The notes: generated from the letters alone by a model not told the origin. Shown: positions 28,916 through 38,747, numbered from the stretch's first letter. The stretch is DNA of 64,000 nucleotides from an uncultured Actinomycetes bacterium (GCA_903873715.1 CAIQPS010000094.1:40-64039); one strand, 5' to 3'. A program made the numbers and translations.

Positions 28916-30195
28916 CAGATCCCTCCCACGAAGCGGCCGGGTGCCAGTATCCCGTTGGGGTCGAACCGCTCCTTGATGCGTCTCATGATGGCCACGGCCC
29001 CGCCGGCGTCGCCCCAGGCGTCGTAGCCCTCGGGGAGCAGGGCCGCCCCGCCGGTCACGAACAGCGAGCCGCCCATGTCCACGGCCTGCGCACGCAGGTG
29101 AGCCGGGCAGGCGCCGAAGCGCGCCGCGCCGCCGTCTGCGCCGGCCGCGGCATTCGTGCCCTCGCCACGCAGTGTCAGATCCACTCGCCCGCGGGCCGCC
29201 CCGGCCCGGTAGCCGAGGGTCAGCCCGTTCGCGGCGGCATAGGTCTGAGCGGCGGCCAGGACGTCGATGGTGCGGCTGATGGGGACGCTCGCGCGGAGCG
29301 CCAAGGTGCCGCCGCTTGCTGCGGCGCCGTCCGCCAGGTGTCCGTACATCGCCGAGGCTTCCTCTTCGTGCAGGACGCGGGGTGCGGCACCGGGAACGGT
29401 CTCCGTCACCTCCCGCACGGAGCGGTCGACGGCAGCGCGGTGTCCGCCGAACCCGGCCAAGAGTACCGGGGCGCCGGCTGGGCCTGCGCCGGCCGCGTCG
29501 CCGCCAGGCAGCGCATCCGCCGACACCACTTCGAGGGCCAGTGGCTGCAGATAGGAGCCGAGCACCCCGGCGGTGACCCGCTTCGCGTCGTCCAATGAAG
29601 CCAGCGGCAGGATCAGCAGCGCCTGCGAGTCGTAGCGCGGGAGCAGCCGGAACGTGACCTCGGTGATGGCGCCCAGGGCGCCGAACGAGCCCACGAAGAG
29701 CTTGGTCATGTCGTAGCCGGTGACGTTCTTCATCGTCCGGCCTCCGAACTTGACGGCGCTGCCGTCGGCCAGAAGGGCCCGCACGCCGAGGACCACGTCC
29801 CGCAGCCCACCGTATCCGGCGGCGCGCGGGCCGTTGTCGCCGGCCGCCACGACCCCGCCGATGGTGGCCTCTCCGGGCTGCCCCGGGTCGATGGGCAGTA
29901 TCCTCCCGACCGCTTCAGCCTGAGCGCGCGCTTCCGCGACGGTGGTCCCGGCCATGGCGGACAGGGTGAGGTTGTCCGGGTCGACGTCGGTGCAGCCGGA
30001 CAGCGCACCGGTGCGCACGAGCAGGTCCAGGTGGGCCGGGGCCGCGCCCCAGTCCTGCTTGGTCAGCCCGCCCGCGAGGTAGCAGACGTCGCCGTCGGCG
30101 TTCGCCTTCGCCAGGATGTCGGACAGGTCGGCCTCGCCGGCCGGCCGCAGTTCGTCCCTCGGGGCCAGTCCGCGGATCTCCGTGGTACTAGACAC
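28915..30195 (-). CDS. glcE: FAD-binding subunit GlcE-like
   Basis: ATIGGVVA, GGRTMKNVTGYDMTKLFVGSFG, FDPNGILAPGR. Confidence 0.85.
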   Translation of the reverse strand: MSSTTEIRGLAPRDELRPAGEADLSDILAKANADGDVCYLAGGLTKQDWGAAPAHLDLLVRTGALSGCTDVDPDNLTLSAMAGTTVAEARAQAEAVGRILPIDPGQPGEATIGGVVAAGDNGPRAAGYGGLRDVVLGVRALLADGSAVKFGGRTMKNVTGYDMTKLFVGSFGALGAITEVTFRLLPRYDSQALLILPLASLDDAKRVTAGVLGSYLQPLALEVVSADALPGGDAAGAGPAGAPVLLAGFGGHRAAVDRSVREVTETVPGAAPRVLHEEEASAMYGHLADGAAASGGTLALRASVPISRTIDVLAAAQTYAAANGLTLGYRAGAARGRVDLTLRGEGTNAAAGADGGAARFGACPAHLRAQAVDMGGSLFVTGGAALLPEGYDAWGDAGGAVAIMRRIKERFDPNGILAPGRFVGGI

Positions 30196-31657
30196 CAGCC
30201 GTCACCTCCACGTGGTCATCACTGGGCGCGCCCGCGACCGCCTGGGCCCCGCCGTCCGCCGGTGCCGTGCCGGCTGCGTGGCCGCCCGCCCGCAGTGCTT
30301 TGCCCGGGTTCGCCCAGCCCCTCGGGTCGAAGGCCTCTTTGACGAAGCCCTGCGCCCGCAGATCGTCGTCGGTGAACACCAGCGGTAGCGCATCGAGCTT
30401 CTCGATGCCAATGCCGTGCTCCCCGCTCACCGTCCCGCCGAGGTCGGCGCAGACCTTGAGGACTTCCATCCCCGCGGCCATGACCTTCTCCCGGTCCGCC
30501 GGGTCGCGGCTATCGAAGAGTAACAGGGGGTGCAGGTTGCCGTCGCCGGCGTGGAACACGCTCGCGATGGGCAGGTCGTATCTCCGGCCGATGTCGGCCA
30601 CCCTGCGGAGGGCTTCGGGGAGCTTGGTGCGCGGCACCGTGCCGTCGGCCACCATGTAGTTCGGCGCCAGGCGGGACAGGGCCCCGAACGCTCCTTTTCG
30701 CCCCCGCCAGAGCGCTTGGCGCTCCTCCTCGTCCTTGGCGATCCGCACCTCGCGCACCCCGCTCGCTTTGCAGATGGCGGTGATGGCCTCGGCCATCTCC
30801 TCCATGCCGTCGCGGAGGCCGTCCAGTTCTATGAGCAACACTGCCGCCGCGTCCCGGGGGAAGCCGCAGGCCATGCTGTCCTCGATGGCGTTGATGGTCT
30901 TGTTGTCCACCATCTCCAGAGTGGCCGGCACCAGTCCCGCCGCCACGATGGCCGAGACCACGTTACCCCCGTCCTCGAGGGAATCGCACACTGCGAGCAG
31001 GGTCTTGACCGCCTCCGGCTTGCGCAGGATGCGAAGGATGGCGGTGGTCGCTATCCCCAGGGTCCCTTCGCTGCCGACGAACGCGCCGGTGAGGTCCAGG
31101 CCGAGAACATCGGCATCCTTACCCCCCAACCAGACGGTCTCGCCGCCGGCGAGCACCACCTCCAACCCGAGCACGTGATTGGACGTGACCCCGTATTTGA
31201 AGCAGTGCGGCCCGCCCGCGTTCTCGGCGATGTTGCCGCCCAGGGAGCAGGCCTTCTGGCTGGCCGGATCGGGCGCGTAGTAGTAGCCGAGGGGGGAGAG
31301 GATCGTGGAGATGTCGAGGTTGAAGATGCCCACCTGCACTGTCATGCGCTGGTTCGGGATGTCGATGTCGAGCACCTTGTTCATACGGCCCATCTCGAGC
31401 ACCACGGCGCCGTCCAGGGCCAGCGAGCCGCCGCTCAGATTGGTGCCGCACCCCCGGGGGACGAACGGGACCCGCTCTTCGGCCAGGATCCCGAGCACTG
31501 CGGATACCTGGGCCGTCGTTTCCACGAACACCACCGCCCGGGGCATCGCCCGCTCAAGGTAGGCGTCGTATTCGTAGGTCTGGAGTTGGACGGGCCGGTC
31601 GAGCACGTTCTTCGCCCCGACGACCCCTCGCAGCCTCTCCCCTAGTGGTGTGGTCAA
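30188..31657 (-). CDS. glcD: FAD-linked oxidase GlcD-like
   Basis: PRGCGTNLSGG, APDPASQ, ENAGGPHCFKYGVT, HAGDGNLHP, GEHGIG; TTG start inferred. Confidence 0.9.
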   Translation of the reverse strand: MTTPLGERLRGVVGAKNVLDRPVQLQTYEYDAYLERAMPRAVVFVETTAQVSAVLGILAEERVPFVPRGCGTNLSGGSLALDGAVVLEMGRMNKVLDIDIPNQRMTVQVGIFNLDISTILSPLGYYYAPDPASQKACSLGGNIAENAGGPHCFKYGVTSNHVLGLEVVLAGGETVWLGGKDADVLGLDLTGAFVGSEGTLGIATTAILRILRKPEAVKTLLAVCDSLEDGGNVVSAIVAAGLVPATLEMVDNKTINAIEDSMACGFPRDAAAVLLIELDGLRDGMEEMAEAITAICKASGVREVRIAKDEEERQALWRGRKGAFGALSRLAPNYMVADGTVPRTKLPEALRRVADIGRRYDLPIASVFHAGDGNLHPLLLFDSRDPADREKVMAAGMEVLKVCADLGGTVSGEHGIGIEKLDALPLVFTDDDLRAQGFVKEAFDPRGWANPGKALRAGGHAAGTAPADGGAQAVAGAPSDDHVEVTAGV

Positions 31658-31755
31658 CGCAGAAACCCCCGCTCGTTGCCGCAATGGCGTCTCCGCCTGC
31701 TATCTTACCGTAGTGCGTACTCACCGGCGCTCGCCGGCCGTCAGGAGGCCTTGAA

Positions 31756-32949
31756 ATGCCAGGACCAGACATCAGCAGCTACCGCGACCTCGACCCCGTC
31801 ACCCGCATCCTCATGGGGCCCGGTCCCAGCGACGTTCCGCCCCGTGTGCTGCGGGCTATGGCCGCTCCGACGCTCGGTCATCTGGATCCTGATTTCCTCA
31901 CCATCATGTCGGAGACGCAGCAGTTGCTCCGCGACGTCATGCAGACCGAGAACGCGCTGACCATCCCCGTGTCCGGCACCGGCAGCTCCGGTATGGAGGC
32001 CTGCTTCGTCAACCTCGTCGAGCCGGGCGACCAGGTGGCCGTCGTGGTGAACGGGGTCTTCGGCACCCGCATGGTGGACTGCGCCGGGCGCCTCGGGGCC
32101 GACATCATCCAGATCGACGCCGACTGGGGCCGTGCCGTTCAGCCCGAGGCGGTGGAAGCGGCCCTCAAGGGCAAGCAGCCCAAGCTCTTCGCCGTCGTCC
32201 ACGCCGAGACGTCCACCGGGGTCCGGCAGCCGCTCGCCGACATCGTCAAGATCGTCAAGGATTCCGGCGCCCTCATGATGCTCGACTGCGTCACCTCCCT
32301 GGGCGGCGTGGAGGTCAAGCTGGACGCCTGGGGCATCGACGCGGCCTTCAGCGGCACGCAGAAATGCCTGTCCTGCCCGCCCGGGTTGGCGCCGCTGTCG
32401 TTCAACGAGAAGGCCGTCGCCAAGCTCAACGCGCGCTCGAGCAAGGTGCCGTCGTGGTACCTCGACCTCACCATGGTCGGCGACTATTGGGGGTCGGCGC
32501 GCAAGTACCACCACACTGCGCCCATCAACATGATCTATGCGCTCCGCGAGTCGCTGCGCATCATCCTCGAAGAGGGGCTGGAAGGCCGGTTCGCCCGTCA
32601 CCAGCGCAACAGCGAGGCACTCATAGCCGGTCTCGAGACCATGGGCATGAAGATGCTCGTTCCCGCCGAGGAGCGGCTGGCCAGCCTGAACACGGTGCTC
32701 ATCCCCGAAGGCGCGGACGACGTGGCCACCCGCAAGGCGCTGCTCAAGCAGTACGGCTTGGAGATCGGCGCCGGGCTGGGTCCGCTGGCCGGCAAGATGT
32801 GGCGGGTGGGCCTGCAGGGCCATTCCTCCTCGGAGCGCAACGTGCTGCTCTTCCTGACGGCGCTCGAGTCGGTGCTGTCGGCGCAGGGCGTCAAGGTGCA
32901 GCCGGGTGGGGCGGCCGCGGCCGAGGCGGTGTTCGCGAAGGCGAGGTAG
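31756..32949 (+). CDS. Alanine/serine--glyoxylate aminotransferase (class V)
   Basis: [40 protein letters not shown]; AGGAGG RBS. Confidence 0.92.
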   Translation: MPGPDISSYRDLDPVTRILMGPGPSDVPPRVLRAMAAPTLGHLDPDFLTIMSETQQLLRDVMQTENALTIPVSGTGSSGMEACFVNLVEPGDQVAVVVNGVFGTRMVDCAGRLGADIIQIDADWGRAVQPEAVEAALKGKQPKLFAVVHAETSTGVRQPLADIVKIVKDSGALMMLDCVTSLGGVEVKLDAWGIDAAFSGTQKCLSCPPGLAPLSFNEKAVAKLNARSSKVPSWYLDLTMVGDYWGSARKYHHTAPINMIYALRESLRIILEEGLEGRFARHQRNSEALIAGLETMGMKMLVPAEERLASLNTVLIPEGADDVATRKALLKQYGLEIGAGLGPLAGKMWRVGLQGHSSSERNVLLFLTALESVLSAQGVKVQPGGAAAAEAVFAKAR

Positions 32950-33034
32950 GCGGCACCGGGCGCGGAAGGCGCAGCAAGCCGGCCGCAGCCGGGCGGCGGC
33001 GCCCAGACCGGCGGCCCGCTGAAAAGGAGGGACC

Positions 33035-33793
33035 GTGTTCCAGGTACGAGCGACGGTCGTCGGCTTCTTGGGGGACCTCTCCGTCTACCCCTGCCATTTC
33101 GGAAGCCAGGTGGGCGACCAGGTGGTCTTCGACGGGGCAGAGCTGCACGGCCGCTTCTGCCCTGCCGTCTGGGCTGTCGTCGTCCCCAAGATGATGACCA
33201 TGCACGCCGCCGGTCCCCGGTACGTCGAGCCTGCCTCCTACTACCCGTTCTGGTATGCGGCCAACAGTGTGGTCGACCCGGGCTGTGCGCCGCGTGACGG
33301 CCAAGGGCTCCGCAACGTGCTCGAGAGCATCGAGCCCCCGCCGTTCGACATGGCCCGCTTGCAGCCGCCGGGCGCGTTCCGGTGGCCGCCGAGCGACAAG
33401 CCGGGCATAGCGGCGGCACCCACGATCATCTGCCCCGATTCGCGATCGTCGATGGTCCTCGCCCTCGAGGCTTTCGACCTGAGCGAGAAAGGCTTCGACA
33501 CGCCGTATTTCCGGCGGCAGATGGCCATCCTGGCGAAGCTGGCCAGGAGCGGGCCGGTGCAGGCAGAGGCGATCATCGGGCTGTTCACGCGGCAAGAGGC
33601 CGAGGAGATCTATCCCCCGCTCTCGCCTGTCATGGTCGCGATGCTCGTGGAGGAGTTGCAGCTGCTGGACTATGTGGGGAAGCCCGGCGCCGACGGCCTG
33701 TCGGCGATCACCCCTGCGGGTGAGGCGAAGCTCGGGTCCTTCAAGGCCGGGCTGCCGCCCGATCACCTCAGGGCGTTCGAGGACTATACGTAG
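33035..33793 (+). CDS. Hypothetical protein: TIGR04076-like Cys domain plus C-terminal winged-helix-like region
   Basis: VRATV..PCHFG..VGD..GRFCP..CPD; C-terminal helical region ending ITPAGE; AGGAGG RBS. Confidence 0.6.
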   Translation: MFQVRATVVGFLGDLSVYPCHFGSQVGDQVVFDGAELHGRFCPAVWAVVVPKMMTMHAAGPRYVEPASYYPFWYAANSVVDPGCAPRDGQGLRNVLESIEPPPFDMARLQPPGAFRWPPSDKPGIAAAPTIICPDSRSSMVLALEAFDLSEKGFDTPYFRRQMAILAKLARSGPVQAEAIIGLFTRQEAEEIYPPLSPVMVAMLVEELQLLDYVGKPGADGLSAITPAGEAKLGSFKAGLPPDHLRAFEDYT

Positions 33794-34658
33794 CCACCGT
33801 CACCGAGAGGGTGGCGGTGAGCGGCCCGCCGAGCGCGGCCAGCCGGGTCCGGAGCTCGTCGGCGCTCAGGTGTCGGGCGCTCGGTCCCATCTCGACCACG
33901 GCTGCCGCCTCCGCCGCGCCGAGTAGCAGCAGCTCTTCATATCCCTCGCTCGACACCGGTGCGAAATCCGCGCCCAGAGCCTGCTCCAGCCTCTCGGCCT
34001 TTCGCTCGTCGACGGTCACGAGGCCCAGGGCGGCGACGAGTTCGCGGAGATGGCCGGCGGTAGGCGTCACGACCAGCAGCCGGCCATCGGGCCGCAGGAT
34101 GCGCCGGAACTCGGCGGGATTGCGCGGCGCGAACACGTCCAGCACCAGATCGGCGGCCCCATCGGTGATGGGTAGGGCCTTCCATGCGTCGCACACCACC
34201 GCGGCCATCCGTTCGTGGGCGCGCGCCGCGCGGCGCGCCGCGAACTTGGATATGTCGAGCGCCAACCCCACTGCGCCCGGGAGATGGTCCAGCACCCCGG
34301 CCAGGTAGTAGCCCGTGCCGGCGCCCACCTCCACGATGCAGCCACCGGCCGCGTCGCTACCGCCTGCGCCCGCGCCCGAGCCGCCGCCCGCTTCAGCCAC
34401 CGCTCTCCCGGCCGCCTCTGCGATGAGTCGCCGCAAACCCGCGAAGTGCCCCGACTCCAGGAAGCCCTCCCTGGCCGCCACCATATCGGCGGTGTCGGCG
34501 GTGCCGGGCCGGGCATCGCCCGGCAGCAGGTTCACGTAGCCCTGGCGGGCGATGTCGTAGCTGTGCCCGGTCTCGCAGCGCAGAGAGTGGTCGGCGACCG
34601 AGAACCCCGTGCCGCACACGGGGCAGCGTAGAAACGAGAGGGCCGCTGCCGGGAACAC
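33768..34658 (-). CDS. rlmA: 23S rRNA m1G745/748 methyltransferase-like (RlmA/MyrA)
   Basis: LRCPVC..CETGHSYDIARQGYVNLL Zn finger; EVGAGTGYY; VFAPRN. Confidence 0.85.
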   Translation of the reverse strand: MFPAAALSFLRCPVCGTGFSVADHSLRCETGHSYDIARQGYVNLLPGDARPGTADTADMVAAREGFLESGHFAGLRRLIAEAAGRAVAEAGGGSGAGAGGSDAAGGCIVEVGAGTGYYLAGVLDHLPGAVGLALDISKFAARRAARAHERMAAVVCDAWKALPITDGAADLVLDVFAPRNPAEFRRILRPDGRLLVVTPTAGHLRELVAALGLVTVDERKAERLEQALGADFAPVSSEGYEELLLLGAAEAAAVVEMGPSARHLSADELRTRLAALGGPLTATLSVTVATYSPRTP

Positions 34659-34667
34659 GCCGCGGCC

Positions 34668-35699
34668 TCAGGCGCGGAAGCGTAGGCGCCGGCGCTCCAC
34701 GCTGACCTTCAACGGCAGGGTGCCGAGCGCATCGCCGTCGACGTCGAGATAGAGCCGGCGCTCCGCCTCGGGGTCTCCCATCCGCAGTTCTAGAGCCGAG
34801 CAGGAGAAATGGTTCACGCTGGGGATGTCGAGATGCTTGCCCTCGTACACGCTCTTGATGTTGCGCAGCAGGTAGGGCTTGGTGGGGGAGGCGACGGTGA
34901 CCACTTCGAGCCGCCCGTCGTCAGGCTCCGCCATCGGCGCGACGTCCATGCCGCCGCCGAACCACCGCCCGTTGCAGACCGCGAAGAGGTACGCGGGGAT
35001 GACTTCCTCGCGGGTCTCGCCGTCCGACAGGATCCGCGCGGTCACCGGCTGCTGGGTGCTTACCGCTGCGGCGCGCAGCGCCGCCATGTGGTATCCGATG
35101 CGGCCCGGCACGAAGGAGGGAGTCGACTCGATGTAGCGATCCACGAGCCCGCCCAGACCGGCCGAGATCACGTTGATGACGTAGCGGCTCACCGGCTGCC
35201 CGTCGTTGCCTCGGAACTCCGCCCGGATGACGTCGAGAAGCCGCTCCCTGCCGGAGGCCATGGTCTCCAGCGACGCCTCTATGCCGGTGCCGATCCCCAG
35301 GGTCCGGCGGAAGTCACCGCCTGTCCCTATGCTCACCAGGCCGACGGCGGGCCCTGCCGGCGCCGGCTCCTCGGAAGACGTCGCTTCTCCGTCCGCGGCC
35401 AGGCCGCCCGGCCGCTCCGCGCCGCCCGTTCCCGTCTCGGCCGTCCGGGCCTCATCCTCCGCCCGCAGCACGCCGTTCACGACCTCGCTGAGGGTCCCGT
35501 CGCCGCCCACCGCTACAATGAGAGGGTGCCCGGCGGCCGCGCCCGCGTGGGCCAGATCCTCGGCGTGACCGCGGCGCTCCGTGTAGACCACGGCCACTTC
35601 CCCGAAGAGGTGGCCCACCCTCGCCAGGAGCTTGGCGATCTCGTCGGCGGCCTTGCTGGTGCCGCATTTCGGGTTTATCACGAAGAGTGGAGGCTGCAT
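34668..35699 (-). CDS. Diacylglycerol/lipid kinase family protein (YegS/BmrU-like)
   Basis: VINP, VGGDGTLSEVVNG, GTGGDF, NGRWFGGG, DGD. Confidence 0.9.
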   Translation of the reverse strand: MQPPLFVINPKCGTSKAADEIAKLLARVGHLFGEVAVVYTERRGHAEDLAHAGAAAGHPLIVAVGGDGTLSEVVNGVLRAEDEARTAETGTGGAERPGGLAADGEATSSEEPAPAGPAVGLVSIGTGGDFRRTLGIGTGIEASLETMASGRERLLDVIRAEFRGNDGQPVSRYVINVISAGLGGLVDRYIESTPSFVPGRIGYHMAALRAAAVSTQQPVTARILSDGETREEVIPAYLFAVCNGRWFGGGMDVAPMAEPDDGRLEVVTVASPTKPYLLRNIKSVYEGKHLDIPSVNHFSCSALELRMGDPEAERRLYLDVDGDALGTLPLKVSVERRRLRFRA

Positions 35700-36690
35700 G
35701 TCCTCAGGCTATCAAGCTTTCGAAGGAGTGAGTTGGCGCCCGCTTCAGGCCGCCGATCTTCACGGCGTGTTCGAGATAGAGGCCGCCAGCGAGGCCTTCG
35801 ACGACGGCGCGGTGGAGGTCTCGGAGTCCGACCTGCAGGGCGACTGGGACCGTCCCGACTTCGACCCGGAGCGCATGAGCCTGGGTGGTCTCGTCGACGG
35901 ACGCTTGGTGGCCTACGTGCAGGTGTTCCAGGGCCGGGCGGAGGGTGCGGTACATCCCGACTACCGTGGCCGCGGCCTCGGCGAGCACCTCGCCCGCTGG
36001 ACCTGGGAGGTGGCCCGCTCCGAAGGCCGGGAACGTGTCGGCCAGACGATCTCCGACAACGAGCGGTCGGCTGCGACCCTGTTCGGATCCCTCGGCTACG
36101 AGCGGGGCCACACTGCCTGGATACTCCGCCGCGACATCTCCGCGCCTCTGCCGGCCCCGGTCTTGCCTGCCGGCTACCGTTTCCGCGAGTACGTTCCCGG
36201 CGCCGACGACCGCTCCGTATACGACCTCATCGACCGCGCCTTCAGCGAGTGGCGCAACGCCGACAGCGAGCCCATGGGCTTCGAGAACTGGTTGTCGTGC
36301 ACGCTGCGCGACGTCCGGGCCGACTTCGTCGTCTTGTTGGAGTACGAGCCGCCGGCCGTCGGCGGTGCGGCGGGCGGTGCTGCCCAGCGGGCCCCGGCCT
36401 CGGGTGCCTCTGTGCCGGCGCCCGGTGCCCACCTCGTCGGCACCCTCGTGGGCCACGACTACGACGAAGAGGACGAAGGCTGGATAGAGCAGGTGGCCGT
36501 GCAGCGCGACCACCGGGGCAAGGGTCTGGGCGGAGCACTGCTGGCCGAGAGTTTCCGCCGTTTCCGGGAAGCCGGGCGCGGGGTGGGCGGCGTCTCCACC
36601 GATTCGCGTACGGGCGCCCTCGGCCTCTACGAGCATGCGGGCATGAAGGTGGTGCGCAGCTACACCAGGTGGGTCAAGACGGGGCTGTGA
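35698..36690 (+). CDS. Tandem GNAT N-acetyltransferase (MshD-like architecture)
   Basis: Two acetyl-CoA motifs VHPDYRGRGLG and VQRDHRGKGLG; ALGLYEHAGM. Start uncertain (35698 or 35728). Confidence 0.82.
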   Translation: MSSGYQAFEGVSWRPLQAADLHGVFEIEAASEAFDDGAVEVSESDLQGDWDRPDFDPERMSLGGLVDGRLVAYVQVFQGRAEGAVHPDYRGRGLGEHLARWTWEVARSEGRERVGQTISDNERSAATLFGSLGYERGHTAWILRRDISAPLPAPVLPAGYRFREYVPGADDRSVYDLIDRAFSEWRNADSEPMGFENWLSCTLRDVRADFVVLLEYEPPAVGGAAGGAAQRAPASGASVPAPGAHLVGTLVGHDYDEEDEGWIEQVAVQRDHRGKGLGGALLAESFRRFREAGRGVGGVSTDSRTGALGLYEHAGMKVVRSYTRWVKTGL

Positions 36691-36801
36691 TCGGGGCAGC
36701 GGCGCCGGTCGCGAGGTCGCTCCGGCGTCTCATCGCGCAGCCGAGCGGCCGCCGCGCGCAGGTCCGGCGCCCGGTCGGGCCGCGGCGCGCCCAACGCCGC
36801 G

Positions 36802-38103
36802 TCAGCTCTTGGCTGCCTCCAGCATCAACATCAGCGGGAGCCTCTGGGCCCACGGCCCGTTCCAGTGCTCCATGATCATGCGGAGGGTGGCCAGTTCCAC
36901 TGTCTGGGCCGCGATGATCGGCACCGACCCGATGGTGGTCTCGTCCTGCAGGAGCTCAAGTTCTCCCAGCAGCTGGCCGGCAGCGACCGGCAACTTCACC
37001 TTCTTGGCGAGCTTCACCTGGGCCGTCACCTCGCCGTCGCCCAAGAGCCGCCGGGCGAACGGCGCGGCAGTCACCAGCCTCACCGTGCGGTCCAGGCAGT
37101 CGGCCACCGGCAACTCCGCCACGATGGCCCCGCCGTCGACGAGATTCTGCATCCGGCAATGCTCGAAGCCGTACTCGAGCAGCGCCCGGCTCTCCATCTC
37201 CCGGGTGTCCTGGTCTTTGGCGCCGAGCACGACGCTGATGAGGGTCAGCCCGTCCTTGGTCGCCGAAGCCACGAGGCAGTAGCCCGCCCAGGGGGTGGAG
37301 CCTGTCTTGATGCCGTTGACCCAGTCGTAGTCCTGAAGCAGTTCGTTGCTGTTCTTGATGACCCGATCGCGCACGCCGCCCACCGTCTTCGCGCCCAGGG
37401 TGAACTCCTTGGTGGAAACGATCTTCCTGAACAGCGGGTCGCGCATGGCCACCGCCGCGATCTTCGTCAGGTCGCTCGCCGAGGAGTAATGGTCCTCCAC
37501 GTGCAGACCCCACGCGTTCTCGAAGTGCGTGTTCTTGAGGCCCATCTCCTGGGCGCGCTCGTTCATCTTGGCCACGAACGCCTTCACGCTGCCCGCCTCG
37601 GCCACCGCCAGGGTGATGGCGGCGTCGTTGGCGCTGGGCACGAGCAGCATGTAGAGGAGCTCCTCGACGGTGAACGACTCGCCCCGCTGCAGCCCCAGGG
37701 CCGACCCGGACGTGCCCACGGCCGCGGCCGGCACTTTGATCACTTTGTCGAGCGGGAGGGATTCGAGGATGAGGATGGCCGTCATCATCTTGGTGGTGGA
37801 GGCCATCTCCAACCGCTTGTCCGCGTTGCGGCTGTAGAGCACGGCCCCCGTCTCCATGTCGACGACGATGGCCGCCTTGGAGGTCACCCGCGGAGTGATG
37901 TCCTGGCCGGGGTCGGCGGCGGGCTTGATGACCACCGGCTCGGAGATGTCGGTGAACATCACCTGGTCCGACGCCCAGGAAGCGTAGGCAGGGCCGGGCA
38001 TGAGGACGAGGAGCGCCGCGGCGATGACCGCGGCGAGCACCACCAGGGCCGGCCAGACCTGATGCCTCGGCAGGCTCGTGGTTGTGCCTCCCCTCGTCCT
38101 CAC
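36802..38103 (-). CDS. D-alanyl-D-alanine carboxypeptidase (peptidase S11)
   Basis: Signal/TM; ASTTK (SxxK), SAN (SxN), KTG; C-terminal PBP5 domain. Confidence 0.92.
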   Translation of the reverse strand: MRTRGGTTTSLPRHQVWPALVVLAAVIAAALLVLMPGPAYASWASDQVMFTDISEPVVIKPAADPGQDITPRVTSKAAIVVDMETGAVLYSRNADKRLEMASTTKMMTAILILESLPLDKVIKVPAAAVGTSGSALGLQRGESFTVEELLYMLLVPSANDAAITLAVAEAGSVKAFVAKMNERAQEMGLKNTHFENAWGLHVEDHYSSASDLTKIAAVAMRDPLFRKIVSTKEFTLGAKTVGGVRDRVIKNSNELLQDYDWVNGIKTGSTPWAGYCLVASATKDGLTLISVVLGAKDQDTREMESRALLEYGFEHCRMQNLVDGGAIVAELPVADCLDRTVRLVTAAPFARRLLGDGEVTAQVKLAKKVKLPVAAGQLLGELELLQDETTIGSVPIIAAQTVELATLRMIMEHWNGPWAQRLPLMLMLEAAKS

Positions 38104-38117
38104 GGCACGGCCTTCGG

Positions 38118-38633
38118 TTACTCCTCGGTGGACGCCTTCGTGATGACGATGGCTTTGACCGGCACGTCGCGGTGCGGCCCGTGGGACCCGGTCTGCGCCT
38201 GGGCGATGGTGTCGACCACGCCCATGCCATCGGTGACCTTGCCGAACACGGCGTAGCCCCAACCCTGCGGGTTCTTGGCGGTGTGGTCGAGGAAGTCGTT
38301 GTCCTTCAGGTTGATGAAGAACTGGGCGGTCGCGCTGTTCGGGTCCATGGTGCGGGCCATGGCGATGGTGCCGCGCAGGTTCTTGAGGCCGTTGTCGGCT
38401 TCGTTCTGGATGGGGGCGCCCGTGGACTTCTGGTCCATGTCGGCGGTGAAACCGCCACCCTGGATCATGAAGTTGGGGATGACCCGGTGGAAGATGGTGC
38501 CGTCGAAGTGGCCCGAGGTGACGTAGGAGATGAAGTTCTCCACCGTCGCGGGAGCTTTGGCTTTGTCGAGTTCGATGGTGATCTTGCCGTACGTCGTATC
38601 CAAGACCACGCTGGGGTTCGTCTGTTCCGCCAT
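38118..38633 (-). CDS. Cyclophilin-type peptidyl-prolyl cis-trans isomerase
   Basis: [42 protein letters not shown]. Confidence 0.96.
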   Translation of the reverse strand: MAEQTNPSVVLDTTYGKITIELDKAKAPATVENFISYVTSGHFDGTIFHRVIPNFMIQGGGFTADMDQKSTGAPIQNEADNGLKNLRGTIAMARTMDPNSATAQFFINLKDNDFLDHTAKNPQGWGYAVFGKVTDGMGVVDTIAQAQTGSHGPHRDVPVKAIVITKASTEE

Positions 38634-38695
38634 CGTCGATCGCCTTTCTGATTTAGTGCGGGAGCGGGTCTATATTCGCACATACCCGGGCAGCA

Positions 38696-38723
38696 GAAAG
38701 GGCAGGAGAGTCCCGGCCCTTTC
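38696..38723 (-). terminator. Stem-loop downstream of the beta-helix lipoprotein gene
   Basis: GAAAGGGC...GCCCTTTC inverted repeat. Confidence 0.5.
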
Positions 38724-38747
38724 CCGTGTTCGGTCCGCGTCAGTGGC

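Noticed and set aside
33768-34658. Macrolide resistance gene (myrA/tlrB)
   Set aside because: Cannot be distinguished from housekeeping RlmA by eye; no resistance or mobile context
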